NCBI GenBank assembly: GCA_025963185.1
Contig: JAOPVE010000407.1
Location: forward strand, 1 to 24,000
Origin: Actinomycetes bacterium
GTDB lineage: Bacteria > Actinomycetota > Actinomycetes > Mycobacteriales > Cryptosporangiaceae
DNA: 24,000 nucleotides
Direction: 5' to 3'
Shown here: positions 1 through 8,703 of the stretch, one piece after another
Layout of the letters: the number at the start of each line of letters is the position of its first letter
Numbering within the stretch: the stretch's first letter is position 1
Program-made: the position numbers and the translations under genes
The notes under the pieces: model-generated
The model's input: only the letters and a program-made list of their open reading frames with translations
Databases searched by the model: none
What the model was told of the DNA's origin: nothing

Positions 1-1812
1 TGCGCCGCCTGCCGCCGGGAGTACGACGACCCGGCCGACCGCCGGTTCCATGCCCAGCCGATCGCCTGCCCCGACTGCGGACCGACCCTCGAGCTGGTCG
101 CCCCGGCCCTGCACGAGACCGCCGACGCGGCCGTACGAGGAGCGCGTGACCTGCTCGCCGACGGCGTGATCCTGGCCGTCAAGGGACTCGGCGGCTACCA
201 CCTGGCCTGCGACGCCCGCAACGCCGGGGCCGTGGGTGAGCTGCGCCGCCGCAAGCAGCGCGGGGGCAAGCCGTTCGCGCTCATGGCCGCGAGCGCCGAG
301 GTGGCCCGCGAACTCGTGACGCTGACCGGTGGCGAGGAAACGCTGCTCACCGGATCCCGGCGCCCGATCGTGCTCGCGCCCCGGCGGCCCAGCAGCGGTG
401 TCGCTCACGAGGTGGCCCCGGGCAACCCCGACCTCGGAGTCATGCTCCCGTACACCCCGCTGCACGTGCTGCTGTTCGGCCTCGACGGCGATCCGGACGG
501 GCCGGACGTGCTGGTGATGACCTCCGGCAACATCTCGGGCGAGCCCATCGTGACGGACGACACCGAGGCGCTGGACCGGCTGGCCGGGCTCGCCGACGCG
601 TGGCTGGCGCACGACCGCGAGATCGGGATCCCGTGCGACGACTCGGTGAGCAGGCACGCGGGCGGGTCCGAGCTGCCGATCCGGCGCTCCCGCGGGTACG
701 CGCCGACACCGATCGCGCTGCCGTTCGAGATCGGTCCCACCCTCGCGGCCGGGGCGGACCTCAAGAGCACCTGCGCCCTGGCGTCCGGCCGGTACGCGTG
801 GGTCAGCCAGCACATCGGCGACCTGGACGATCTGTCGACCCTGACCGCGCTGACCCGCACCGAGGCGCACCTGGAGGCGCTGACCGGGGTCCGGCCCGAG
901 CTGGTGATCGCCGACGCCCACCCGGGCTACCGGTCCACCGGGTGGGCCCGGGAGCAGGCGGGCACGCGGCCGCTGCGGCTGGTCCAGCACCACCACGCGC
1001 ACGTCGCCTCGGTGATGGCCGAGCACGGCCTCGGTCCGGACGAGCAGGTCATCGGGATCGCGTTCGACGGCACCGGCTACGGCACCGACGGCGCGGTCTG
1101 GGGCGGCGAGGTGCTCGTCGCCTCGTACAAGTCGTTCCGGCGGGCCGGGCACCTGAAGTACGCGCCGCTGGCCGGGGGCGACGCGAGCGTCCTGCGGCCC
1201 TACCGGATGGCCCTGGCACACCTGCGCGAGGCCGGGCTGGCCTGGCAGGACGACCTGCCGCCGGTGCTCGCCTGCCCGCCCGTCGAGCGCGAGGTGCTCG
1301 CCCACCAGCTCGGCACCGGGTTCGGCACCGTGCCCACCTCCAGCATGGGACGGCTCTTCGACGCCGTCGCCTCCCTGGCCGGGGTCCGGCACGCCGTGGA
1401 CTACGAGGCCGAGGCCGCGATCGAGCTGGAGGGCCTGGCCCGGTCGGTGTCGGCGGACGGTGCCTACGAGTTCGCTCTGACAGCGGGCGGCGGGCCGCTC
1501 GTCGCCGATCCGGGTCCGGTGATCCGGTCCGTGGCCGCGGACGTGCGGTCCGGGGTGCCCGCGGCCCAGATCGCGGCCCGGTTCCACGCGGCCGTGACGG
1601 ACCTGATCACCGCACTCGCCGAGCGCTGCCGCGACGAGACCGGCCTGGACGTCGTCGCGCTCGGCGGCGGGGTCTTCCAGAACGCGCTGCTGATCGCCGC
1701 GGCTCAGCGCGAACTCGGCGAGCGCGGCTTCACCGTGCTGCGCCCGCGGCTGCTGCCGCCGAGCGACGCCGGCATCGCCCTGGGCCAGCTCGTCGCCGGT
1801 GCGGCGGGCTGA
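1..1812 (+). CDS. hypF: [NiFe]-hydrogenase maturation carbamoyltransferase HypF (5'-truncated by window edge)
   Basis: Frame 1 is open from nt 1. Translation starts CAACRREYDDPADRRFHAQPIACPDCGP (HypF zinc-finger CxxC pairs). It continues with KGLGGYHLACDA (YrdC/Sua5-like domain) and QHHHAHVAS and GGGVFQN (Kae1-like domain). Stop TGA at 1810-1812. Confidence 0.95.
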   Translation, partial: CAACRREYDDPADRRFHAQPIACPDCGPTLELVAPALHETADAAVRGARDLLADGVILAVKGLGGYHLACDARNAGAVGELRRRKQRGGKPFALMAASAEVARELVTLTGGEETLLTGSRRPIVLAPRRPSSGVAHEVAPGNPDLGVMLPYTPLHVLLFGLDGDPDGPDVLVMTSGNISGEPIVTDDTEALDRLAGLADAWLAHDREIGIPCDDSVSRHAGGSELPIRRSRGYAPTPIALPFEIGPTLAAGADLKSTCALASGRYAWVSQHIGDLDDLSTLTALTRTEAHLEALTGVRPELVIADAHPGYRSTGWAREQAGTRPLRLVQHHHAHVASVMAEHGLGPDEQVIGIAFDGTGYGTDGAVWGGEVLVASYKSFRRAGHLKYAPLAGGDASVLRPYRMALAHLREAGLAWQDDLPPVLACPPVEREVLAHQLGTGFGTVPTSSMGRLFDAVASLAGVRHAVDYEAEAAIELEGLARSVSADGAYEFALTAGGGPLVADPGPVIRSVAADVRSGVPAAQIAARFHAAVTDLITALAERCRDETGLDVVALGGGVFQNALLIAAAQRELGERGFTVLRPRLLPPSDAGIALGQLVAGAAG

Positions 1813-1839
1813 CGTGAGAAGGAGAAGAGGAGAGCGCGC

Positions 1840-2124
1840 ATGTGCCTAGCCGTTCCGGGACGCATCCTGAGCATCGCCGAGGCCGACGGGACCGTCATGG
1901 CCGACGTCGACTTCGGCGGCGTCCATAAGGGCGTGTGCCTCCAATATGTACCCGACGCCGCGATCGGCGACTACGTTGTCGTGCACGTCGGGTTCGCCAT
2001 CCAGCGCCTGGACGAGAAGTCGGCGCAGGACACCCTCGCGAACTTCGAGCGCCTCGGGATCCTCGAGGAGGAGTTCGGCGACGGTTTCAGCCGCGCAGCG
2101 AAGCAGGCAGGGGCAGAATCATGA
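1840..2124 (+). CDS. hypC: hydrogenase assembly chaperone HypC/HupF
   Basis: 94 aa with the diagnostic N-terminus [10 protein letters not shown] strong SD (AAGGAGAAGAGGAGA) lies upstream of ATG 1840. The stop overlaps the hypD start (ATGA at 2121-2124). Confidence 0.95.
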   Translation: MCLAVPGRILSIAEADGTVMADVDFGGVHKGVCLQYVPDAAIGDYVVVHVGFAIQRLDEKSAQDTLANFERLGILEEEFGDGFSRAAKQAGAES

Positions 2125-3221
2125 AGTATCTGGACGAGTTCAGCGACCCCGACCTGGCCGGCCACCTGGTCGAGGCGATCCATGCGGCCACGACGCGCCC
2201 GTGGGCGATGATGGAGGTCTGCGGCGGGCAGACGCACTCGATCATCCGGCACGGCATCGACCAGTTGCTGCCCGAGGGCGTGGAGATGATCCACGGCCCG
2301 GGCTGCCCGGTCTGCGTGACGCCGCTGGAGATCATCGACAAGGCCCTGGCGATCGCCGCCGAGCCGGGCGTGATCTTCTGCTCCTTCGGCGACATGCTCC
2401 GGGTGCCCGGCAGCAGCCAGGATCTGTTCGTCATCAAGAGCGCCGGCGCGGACGTGCGGGTGGTCTACTCCCCGCTCGACGCGCTCGCGATCGCCCGCGA
2501 GAACCCCGACAAGCAGGTCGTCTTCTTCGGGATCGGCTTCGAGACCACCGCCCCGGCCAACGCCATGACGGTCTACCAGGCCAAACGGCTCGGCGTGCCG
2601 AACTTCTCGCTGCTGGTCTCGCACGTGCTCGTCCCCCCGGCGATGGCCGCGATCATGGAGTCGCCGCGCTGCCGGGTCCAGGCGTTCCTCGCCGCCGGGC
2701 ACGTGTGCAGCGTCATGGGCACCGCGGAGTACCCGCCGCTCGCCGAGAAGTACCAAGTGCCGATCGTCGTGACCGGATTCGAGCCGCTGGACATCCTCGA
2801 AGGCATCCGGCAGACGATCATCCAGCTCGAATCCGGGCAGCACGAGCTCGCCAACGCCTACCCGCGGGCCGTCCGCGCCGAGGGCAACCCGGCCGCGATC
2901 GCGATGCTCCAGGACGTCTTCGAGGTCACCGACCGCACCTGGCGGGGCATCGGGATGATCCCGAAGAGCGGCTGGCGGCTGTCCGAGCGGTACGCGGCCT
3001 TCGACGCCGAGCGCCGGTTCGACGTGGCCGGGATCCGCACCGAGGAGTCGGCGATCTGCCGGTCCGGCGAGGTCCTGCAGGGCCTGATCAAGCCCAACGA
3101 GTGCGCGGCCTTCGGCAAGCAGTGCACGCCGCGTAACCCGCTCGGGGCGACCATGGTGTCCTCCGAGGGCGCCTGCGCGGCCTACCACGCCTACCGGCGG
3201 CTGGACCTGGTGTCGTCGTGA
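2121..3221 (+). CDS. hypD: hydrogenase maturation Fe-S protein HypD
   Basis: Starts [11 protein letters not shown] at ATG 2121; the longer track ORF from 1935 is an out-of-context extension. Motifs seen: [25 protein letters not shown] and a C-terminal Cys cluster. Confidence 0.95.
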   Translation: MKYLDEFSDPDLAGHLVEAIHAATTRPWAMMEVCGGQTHSIIRHGIDQLLPEGVEMIHGPGCPVCVTPLEIIDKALAIAAEPGVIFCSFGDMLRVPGSSQDLFVIKSAGADVRVVYSPLDALAIARENPDKQVVFFGIGFETTAPANAMTVYQAKRLGVPNFSLLVSHVLVPPAMAAIMESPRCRVQAFLAAGHVCSVMGTAEYPPLAEKYQVPIVVTGFEPLDILEGIRQTIIQLESGQHELANAYPRAVRAEGNPAAIAMLQDVFEVTDRTWRGIGMIPKSGWRLSERYAAFDAERRFDVAGIRTEESAICRSGEVLQGLIKPNECAAFGKQCTPRNPLGATMVSSEGACAAYHAYRRLDLVSS

Positions 3222-3294
3222 GCGAGCGGAGCGAGCGAACCAACAAGCACAGTGCGACCGGGTCAGGCCGGCTAGAGCGAAGCGAGGGCCGCGG

Positions 3295-4353
3295 ATGACC
3301 GCCGAGCTGGACTTCGAGGCGTGGACCTGCCCGGTCCCGCTGCGGGACACGCCGTTCGTGGTGATGGGGCACGGCGGCGGCGGGGCGATGTCCGGGGAAC
3401 TGGTCGAGCACCTGTTCCTGCCGGCGTTCGGCGACGCGGCTGCCCCGGGCCTGGCCGACTCCGCGGTGATCACCGCGGGCGGCGCGCGGCTGGCGTTCTC
3501 CACCGACTCCTATGTGGTCAAGCCGATGTTCTTCCCCGGCGGATCCATCGGCGACCTCGCGGTCAACGGCACCGTCAACGACCTGGCCATGTCGGGCGCG
3601 ACCCCGCTGTACCTGTCGACGGCGTTCATCCTGCAGGAGGGCACGGCGCTGGCCGACATCCGCCGGATCGCGCGGGCGATGGGCACCGCCGCCTCGGCCG
3701 CCGGGGTCCAGCTCGTCACCGGCGACACCAAGGTCGTCGACAGCGCCAGCGGCGACGGCGTCTACGTGAACACCGCCGGGGTGGGGATCGTCCCGGACGG
3801 GGTCGTCATCGGCCCCACCCGGGCGGCCCCGGGCGACGCCATCCTGATCAGCGGCGACATCGGCGTGCACGGGGTGGCCGTGATGAGCTGCCGCGAGGGG
3901 CTGGAGTTCGGCACCACGATCGCCAGCGACACCGCGGCCCTGCACGGGCTCGTCGCGGACATGATCGCCACCGACGCCGACATCCACGTGCTGCGCGATC
4001 CGACCCGGGGCGGGGTCGCCGCCTCGCTCAACGAGATCGCGCGCGCCGCCATGGTCGGGGTCGAGCTGGTCGAGCGGGCGCTGCCGATCCCGGCCGAGGT
4101 GCGGGACGCGTGCAGCCTGCTCGGCCTCGATCCGCTGCAGGTCGCGAACGAGGGCAAGCTGATCGCGTTCGTGCCCGAGGACACCGCCGACCAGGTACTG
4201 GAAGCCATGCGCGCCCACCCGCACGGGGCCGGATCGAAGCGGATCGGCCGCTGCGTCCCCGAGCACCCCGGCACGGTCGTCGCGCGGACGGCCCTGGGCG
4301 GGACCCGCGTGGTGAGCATGCCGATCGGCGAGCAGCTGCCCCGGATCTGCTGA
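3295..4353 (+). CDS. hypE: hydrogenase maturation carbamoyl dehydratase HypE
   Basis: 352 aa with an AIR-synthase-like fold signature (VVMGHGGGG, GDTKVV). It ends ...PRIC with the conserved C-terminal Cys that carries the thiocyanate. Confidence 0.95.
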   Translation: MTAELDFEAWTCPVPLRDTPFVVMGHGGGGAMSGELVEHLFLPAFGDAAAPGLADSAVITAGGARLAFSTDSYVVKPMFFPGGSIGDLAVNGTVNDLAMSGATPLYLSTAFILQEGTALADIRRIARAMGTAASAAGVQLVTGDTKVVDSASGDGVYVNTAGVGIVPDGVVIGPTRAAPGDAILISGDIGVHGVAVMSCREGLEFGTTIASDTAALHGLVADMIATDADIHVLRDPTRGGVAASLNEIARAAMVGVELVERALPIPAEVRDACSLLGLDPLQVANEGKLIAFVPEDTADQVLEAMRAHPHGAGSKRIGRCVPEHPGTVVARTALGGTRVVSMPIGEQLPRIC

Positions 4354-4390
4354 CGTGAGCACTGGCCCGCTGACGTGAGCACTGGCCCGC
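4351..4390. repeat. perfect 20-bp tandem duplication (tgacgtgagcactggcccgc x2) at the hypE stop / downstream gene start
   Basis: 4351-4370 and 4371-4390 are identical. A third partial copy (cgtgagc) at 4391-4397 carries the GTG start at 4392. The first TGA is the hypE stop. Confidence 0.9.
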
Positions 4391-4391
4391 C

Positions 4392-5111
4392 GTGAGCGCC
4401 GCGGGAGCGCTGCTGTTCGCGCGGTACGCCTACCCGCCGAACGCGCTGGGCTACTGCGGCCCCGAGGGCGCCGACGCGCTGCTCGTGCCGGGCGCGGCCG
4501 CGGACATCGCCGCGCGCGCCCGGCAGTTCGAGGGCGCGTGGAGCTACCTGGAGTTCCTCGCCGAGGCGGCCGGGATCGCCGATCCGCTGGACGAGGCCGT
4601 GGTCGAGGCGTACTGGATCGGCAGCGACCTGCTCGCCGCGTCCGATCCGCGCGCCCTGACCGATCGGCTGCTCGACCGGTTCCGCGGCCAGTCCGGCGGG
4701 ACGTGGCGGGAGGCGGGCGACCGCGCGATCCCGCACCACGCCTTCCAGGTGTTCGAGGTCTACCCGTGGGCCACTCTGCTGGAGGCGGGCGGGCACCCGG
4801 TGGCGCTGTCGGTGCTCGATCAGTGCCGGATCCGCACGGGCACGGTCCTGTCGGCCGGCGGCGAGACCGCGCAGGTCCGGTCCCGGCCGCTGACCTGGGA
4901 CGGCACCGTGGCCAGCCCCGGAGATCCGCGGGTGGAGACCGCCCGCTGGTCCGCCGGTGGCCGGTCGCTGCTGTCCGGCCTCGCCCCGGGCGACCGGGTC
5001 GCCCTGCACTGGGACTGGATCTGCGACGTGATCACCGCCGAGCAGGCCACCCAGATCGAGGCGACCGAGGCCCAGGTCATCAGTGGAAGATGTTCACCGC
5101 CCGTGCGATGA
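4392..5111 (+). CDS. conserved uncharacterised protein linked to the hyp operon (from memory, resembles the actinobacterial DUF6390-type protein found after hypE)
   Basis: 239-aa ORF with high GC3, GTG start 39 nt after the hypE stop, same strand. No recognisable catalytic motif. The family assignment is recollection only. Confidence 0.65.
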   Translation: MSAAGALLFARYAYPPNALGYCGPEGADALLVPGAAADIAARARQFEGAWSYLEFLAEAAGIADPLDEAVVEAYWIGSDLLAASDPRALTDRLLDRFRGQSGGTWREAGDRAIPHHAFQVFEVYPWATLLEAGGHPVALSVLDQCRIRTGTVLSAGGETAQVRSRPLTWDGTVASPGDPRVETARWSAGGRSLLSGLAPGDRVALHWDWICDVITAEQATQIEATEAQVISGRCSPPVR

Positions 5112-5856
5112 CCAGCGCGGCCGTCGCGAGCGACACCGCGGCCTGCAGCAGCATCGCCATCTTGGCCCAGCGTGAGAGCGGCATCGTGTCGGTCGGGCTG
5201 AACGCCGTGGCGTTGGTGAACGAGACGTAGAAGTAGTCGGCGAACCGGGGCTCCCAGTCCTTCGGCCCGATCTCGGTGGCCGTCATCTGCGGGAACAGGA
5301 AGTCCGGGTCCGGATCGAGGCCGTTCGCGCGCGAGGCCGGGCCGCCCCGGTCCAGTTCCCAGTACCAGACCGCGAACACCAGGACGTTCGTCAGCCAGAT
5401 GTTGCCGCCGGTGATGAGCAGCGACCGGGCGTCGAACCCGGAGATCCCGTCCGTCAGCGCCGCGACGAGCGCGATCACCGACCAGGCGTTCGCCAGGCTC
5501 ACCACGGCCGCGAGCAGCAGCCCGAGCAGGCGCAGCGGCACCGAGTCGCGCTCGACCTTGCGCGGGTTGGCGACGAGCAGCACCGCGAGGATCGCCACCT
5601 CGACCCCCGGCAGCACCCACCGCCCCGTCATCGACAGCCGCTCGGGCAGCACGAGCTGCAAGAAGATCATGACGAGGATCGCCAGGCTGGCCGGCCAGCG
5701 CTCCTCCCCGCTGGTGCGCCGCCGCCAGGCCGGGTGCTCGCTGCCAGCCTCGGTGCCGGTCTCGGTGCCGGTCTCGGCGCCCAGGGGGTCTGTCTGTTCC
5801 GCCACCGGTCCATCGTGGCCGATCCGCGCCGGTTTTCCGGCGGAATCGCCGCTCAC
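5080..5856 (-). CDS. integral membrane protein, DUF1345-like
   Basis: Multi-TM protein with the C-terminal motif PRFADYFYVSFTNATAFSPTD. I place the start at GTG 5856-5854, which overlaps the upstream gene's TGA (5855-5853) as a GTGA coupling. The track ORF's extra 38 N-terminal residues are Arg/Pro-rich and overlap the upstream gene. Confidence 0.7.
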   Translation of the reverse strand: MSGDSAGKPARIGHDGPVAEQTDPLGAETGTETGTEAGSEHPAWRRRTSGEERWPASLAILVMIFLQLVLPERLSMTGRWVLPGVEVAILAVLLVANPRKVERDSVPLRLLGLLLAAVVSLANAWSVIALVAALTDGISGFDARSLLITGGNIWLTNVLVFAVWYWELDRGGPASRANGLDPDPDFLFPQMTATEIGPKDWEPRFADYFYVSFTNATAFSPTDTMPLSRWAKMAMLLQAAVSLATAALVIARAVNIFH

Positions 5857-6719
5857 GCGCGGGCCGCGTGGTCGCGCGGGGCTCCGGCGGGCGGGGCGTG
5901 CGCGGTGTCGTGGCGGGCCAGCTCGATCGCGCAGCCCACGGTGAGGACGAAGCCGGCCGCCGCCGCCCACCCGTAGCCCGGCCGTGCCGAGTCACCGAGC
6001 CACAGCAGGCCGGCCGCCGCGGGGGCCACCGTTTCGGCGGCGAACAGCACCGCGCTCAGCGTCGTGACCGATCCGCGCTGGAGGGCCGTCGCGAACAGCA
6101 GGGTGCCGAGGATCCCGTAGGCGGCGAGCGCGTACGCCGGGGGCTCGGTGACGATCCGCCACCACGGGCTCGGGAGGTCCAGGATCCTTGCCGAGATCCC
6201 GACTCCGCCGAACGCCAGGCCCGCGGCCGCCGCCAGTCCCGCGGCGCCCCACGGCCCGGCCACCCGTGCGGATCCGAGCCCGAGGGCCAGCACGGCCAGC
6301 GCGCCGGCGAGCACGATCCACTGGCCGGCCAGTGGGACCTTCGCGGCGCTCTCGGGCCGGGCGCTGAGCGCGAGCAGCACGAGCCCGGCCCCCAGCCCGG
6401 TCAGGGCGGCGAGCTGGACCGGCCGCAGCCGGGCACCGAGGAACCGCGCTGCGAGCACCGCGGTCACGCCCACACTCGCGGCCACGGCGGACTGGACCAG
6501 GAACAGCGGGAGCGTGCGCAGGGCCACGATCGAGGCCGCGAACCCGAGGAGGTCCAGCGCCAGCCCGGCCAGGTACGGGAGCTGCCCGGCGAGGCGGATC
6601 AGCAGCCGCGGATCGAGGTCGGCCTGCCCGGCGATCCGGCGGCTGCCCACGGACTGGAGCACCGACCCGGATCCGTAACACACGGCCGCCGCGAGCGCCC
6701 CGAGCAGCCCGATCACCAT
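5853..6719 (-). CDS. polytopic membrane protein, DMT/EamA- or NIPA-like transporter
   Basis: 288 aa with about 9-10 hydrophobic segments and the N-terminus GLLGALAAAVCYGSGSVLQSVG, typical of drug/metabolite-transporter-like folds. High GC3. Confidence 0.65.
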   Translation of the reverse strand: MVIGLLGALAAAVCYGSGSVLQSVGSRRIAGQADLDPRLLIRLAGQLPYLAGLALDLLGFAASIVALRTLPLFLVQSAVAASVGVTAVLAARFLGARLRPVQLAALTGLGAGLVLLALSARPESAAKVPLAGQWIVLAGALAVLALGLGSARVAGPWGAAGLAAAAGLAFGGVGISARILDLPSPWWRIVTEPPAYALAAYGILGTLLFATALQRGSVTTLSAVLFAAETVAPAAAGLLWLGDSARPGYGWAAAAGFVLTVGCAIELARHDTAHAPPAGAPRDHAARA

Positions 6720-6751
6720 CCCGCGAACTCTACGGGGGGCACCCCAACCAC

Positions 6752-6983
6752 CGAACTGCGGTAAGAGTGCCCGCCAATAGGCCGGGCGGAGCGAGGCGAG
6801 TGCCCGGGCCGCGTGGGGACGGCGCCGGTTCTCTGGCGCGCCGGTGTTGCACGTCGGGCTTTCGGATATACGCAGCCCGCTGATCGCGAGCCAGTGGTTC
6901 TGGTGCCGCCAGAGCCCGCATGGCCCTGTTGGCGGGCGCTCTCACTCCGGCCGGTCCGGACCGGCCGGGGTTACCGCAGTTCG
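6752..6983. repeat. long-range imperfect inverted repeat (about 30-bp arms) with an embedded 22-nt perfect palindrome; candidate structured RNA or MITE-like element
   Basis: cgaactgcggtaa (6752-6764) is the exact reverse complement of ttaccgcagttcg (6971-6983). The adjacent gagtgcccgccaatagg (6765-6781) pairs with cctgttggcgggcgctc (6925-6941); its only 2 mismatches are G-U wobbles on the + strand transcript. The perfect palindrome ccggccggtccggaccggccgg (6947-6968) is inserted in the 3' arm. Confidence 0.5.
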
Positions 6984-7052
6984 CGGGATGTGGTCCGCGG
7001 CGGGCCGGGGCGTGCCAGTATGTCGCCCGGCCAGGCCACGCCGTCGCCCGGC

Positions 7053-7087
7053 TCGCCCCCTCGCCCACCTCGCCCACCTCGCCCCGG
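7053..7087. repeat. 9-bp tandem repeat TCGCCCACC (2 perfect plus 2 degenerate copies) just upstream of the HAF-repeat gene
   Basis: Perfect units at 7061-7069 and 7070-7078. Degenerate copies at 7053-7060 and 7079-7087. The repeat ends 15 nt before ATG 7102. Confidence 0.7.
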
Positions 7088-7101
7088 AAGGCACCCCCGC
7101 T

Positions 7102-8154
7102 ATGCGCACCCGGATCCTCACGATCGCGGCACTGTCGCTCCTCGCCCCGCTCACACCCGCCCTCACCGGGCCGGCCGCCGCCGTCCCCGCCGGAGCGGCG
7201 AGTGCGCCCCGGTACACGATCACCGACTTAGGCACCCTCGGCGGGGACCGCAGCGCCGCGACCGCGATCAGCAACTCGGGCCAGGTCGTGGGCTACAGCG
7301 TCACCCCGCAGGGCGCCGAGCACGCGTTCCGCTGGTCCGCCGGATCCATGACCGACCTCGGCACCCTCCCCGGCGGCGGGTACAGCCACGCGAACGCGGT
7401 CAACGACGCCGGGCAGGTCGCCGGGCTCTCGGATCGCAGCAGCGGCGGCTACGGCTACCCGGTGCGGTGGAGCGCGTCGGGCGCGATCCAGGACCTGGGC
7501 GGCCCGATCACCAACCAGCTGGGGTCGGGCAACGCGATCGATCCGGCGGGGCGGGTCGCCGGCGGCCAGCGCCCGGCCAGCTCCGAGGGCGAGCCCGTGG
7601 CGATGCTCTACGACACCGCCGGACGGCCCCATCTGCTGGCCAAGGGGAGCCTGGGCGCGGCCGCGGGGATCAACGCGCGCGGCCAGATCGTCGGATCCCC
7701 CGCCTACATCTGGCAGAACGGCGCAGTGACCTCGCTGCCCGGCCTCGCGGGCGGATCGGCCTCGGCGCGCGCGATCAGCGTCTCCGGCCTCGTCGCCGGA
7801 TCCGCAAGCACGGTGGACGGATCCCTGCACGCGGCCCTGTGGCGGGGTAGGGCGATCACCGACCTCGGCACGATCGACGGGATCCGGTACAACCAGGCGA
7901 ACGCCGTGAACGCCGCCGGCCAGGTCGTGGGCACCGCGGATCCGCTGTGCAGCCCGTGCGTGGCCCCGCGCGCGTGGCTCTGGCGGGCCGGATCGGCCAC
8001 CGCGCTGGACTCGCTGATCCCGGCCGGATCCGGCTGGACCCTCCAGCAGGCCAACGGGATCAGCGACCGCGGCGAGATCGCCGGCGCCGGGCTGCACAAC
8101 GGGAAACTGCACGCGTTCGTGCTGGTCCCGGTGTTCCACGCGACCGCCGACTAG
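7102..8154 (+). CDS. secreted HAF-family extracellular repeat protein
   Basis: Start chosen at MRTRILTIAALSLLAPLTPALTG (signal peptide). It carries repeated units of the form HAFxW...xTDLGTLxG...AxAxNxxGQVVG (e.g. EHAFRWSAGSMTDLGTLPGG...NDAGQVAG) and ends KLHAFVLVP. Confidence 0.85.
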   Translation: MRTRILTIAALSLLAPLTPALTGPAAAVPAGAASAPRYTITDLGTLGGDRSAATAISNSGQVVGYSVTPQGAEHAFRWSAGSMTDLGTLPGGGYSHANAVNDAGQVAGLSDRSSGGYGYPVRWSASGAIQDLGGPITNQLGSGNAIDPAGRVAGGQRPASSEGEPVAMLYDTAGRPHLLAKGSLGAAAGINARGQIVGSPAYIWQNGAVTSLPGLAGGSASARAISVSGLVAGSASTVDGSLHAALWRGRAITDLGTIDGIRYNQANAVNAAGQVVGTADPLCSPCVAPRAWLWRAGSATALDSLIPAGSGWTLQQANGISDRGEIAGAGLHNGKLHAFVLVPVFHATAD

Positions 8155-8291
8155 GGCACCCTCGCCGTGGCCGCCGCCCCGGCCGCCGCCGCCCCGTGGG
8201 CCGGGGGACGGTCCGGGTGAGCGTCACCGACGCGCGCCTCACGATCGCCAACGCCCCCGGATCGTCCAGCAACAGCTCTGCTACCTCGACG

Positions 8292-8312
8292 TGACGGCCG
8301 CCTGAGCCGTCA
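8292..8312. terminator. weak hairpin between convergent genes
   Basis: tgacggc (8292-8298) / gccgtca (8306-8312), a 7-bp stem with a 7-nt loop and no U-tract. It overlaps the stop of the minus-strand gene. Confidence 0.3.
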
Positions 8313-8651
8313 GCCCGGTGCCCGGGTGGGCCACGGCGAGCCGCGGGTGATCCACCGGTACGCGCCGCTGATCAGGGCCGTGTTGACGAGCGCGCAGACC
8401 GCGCTGCCTCCGAAGTAGACGGCGGCGTTCGTCCAGCTCGGGCCGTCGCCGGTCATCAGGAACGCGAGCGCCCACGAGCACGGGCTGGTCAGCAGGAGCA
8501 GGGAGATCCCGGCGAACGATCCGCCGGGACCCTCGGTCGTCGCGAGCGCCCACACCAGGTAGCCGGTGGCGGCGGCGACCGCGGCGAGGTAGATCCGGGC
8601 GGCCCAGTTGCCGAACAGGAAACGCCAGAGGCTCTGGCTGTCAGTGGTCAT
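8310..8651 (-). CDS. small membrane protein (3-4 TM), unknown function
   Basis: Start moved to ATG 8651 (MTTDSQSLWRFLFGNWAARIYLAAVAAATGYLVW...). The hydrophobic segments begin immediately after it, and the upstream 52 residues of the track ORF are Arg/Pro-rich. Confidence 0.6.
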   Translation of the reverse strand: MTTDSQSLWRFLFGNWAARIYLAAVAAATGYLVWALATTEGPGGSFAGISLLLLTSPCSWALAFLMTGDGPSWTNAAVYFGGSAVCALVNTALISGAYRWITRGSPWPTRAPG

Positions 8652-8703
8652 GCGGGTGATCGTGGCGGAGCCGGCCGCCGCCGGCATGAGCACCAGTACT
8701 CGG

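Noticed and set aside
5857-5970. Longer start (ATG 5970) for the DUF1345-like gene
   Set aside because: It would overlap the upstream gene by 118 nt and add an Arg/Pro-rich tail. GTG 5856 gives a classic GTGA stop/start overlap instead.
405-5995. Many long alternative-frame or antisense ORFs over the hyp region (e.g. 600..1817 +, 1971..3503 -, 3088..4362 -, 3321..4358 +, 3762..5009 -, 4820..5995 -)
   Set aside because: All are Arg/Pro/Gly/Ala-rich shadows of the confidently identified hypF/C/D/E and neighbouring genes, and none has family motifs.
6850-6925. Possible cobalamin riboswitch (gccagtgg / ggtgccgcc resemble fragments of B12-element sequences)
   Set aside because: There is no proper B12 box (GCCACUG) or the conserved GGGAA / GGUGAAA-type core. 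The flanking genes have no link to cobalamin.
6844-7101. N-terminal extension of the HAF-repeat ORF (track start 6844) and the 115-aa minus ORF 6730..7077
   Set aside because: The extension is Arg/Pro-rich and precedes a clean signal peptide beginning at ATG 7102. The region is better explained as structured non-coding DNA.
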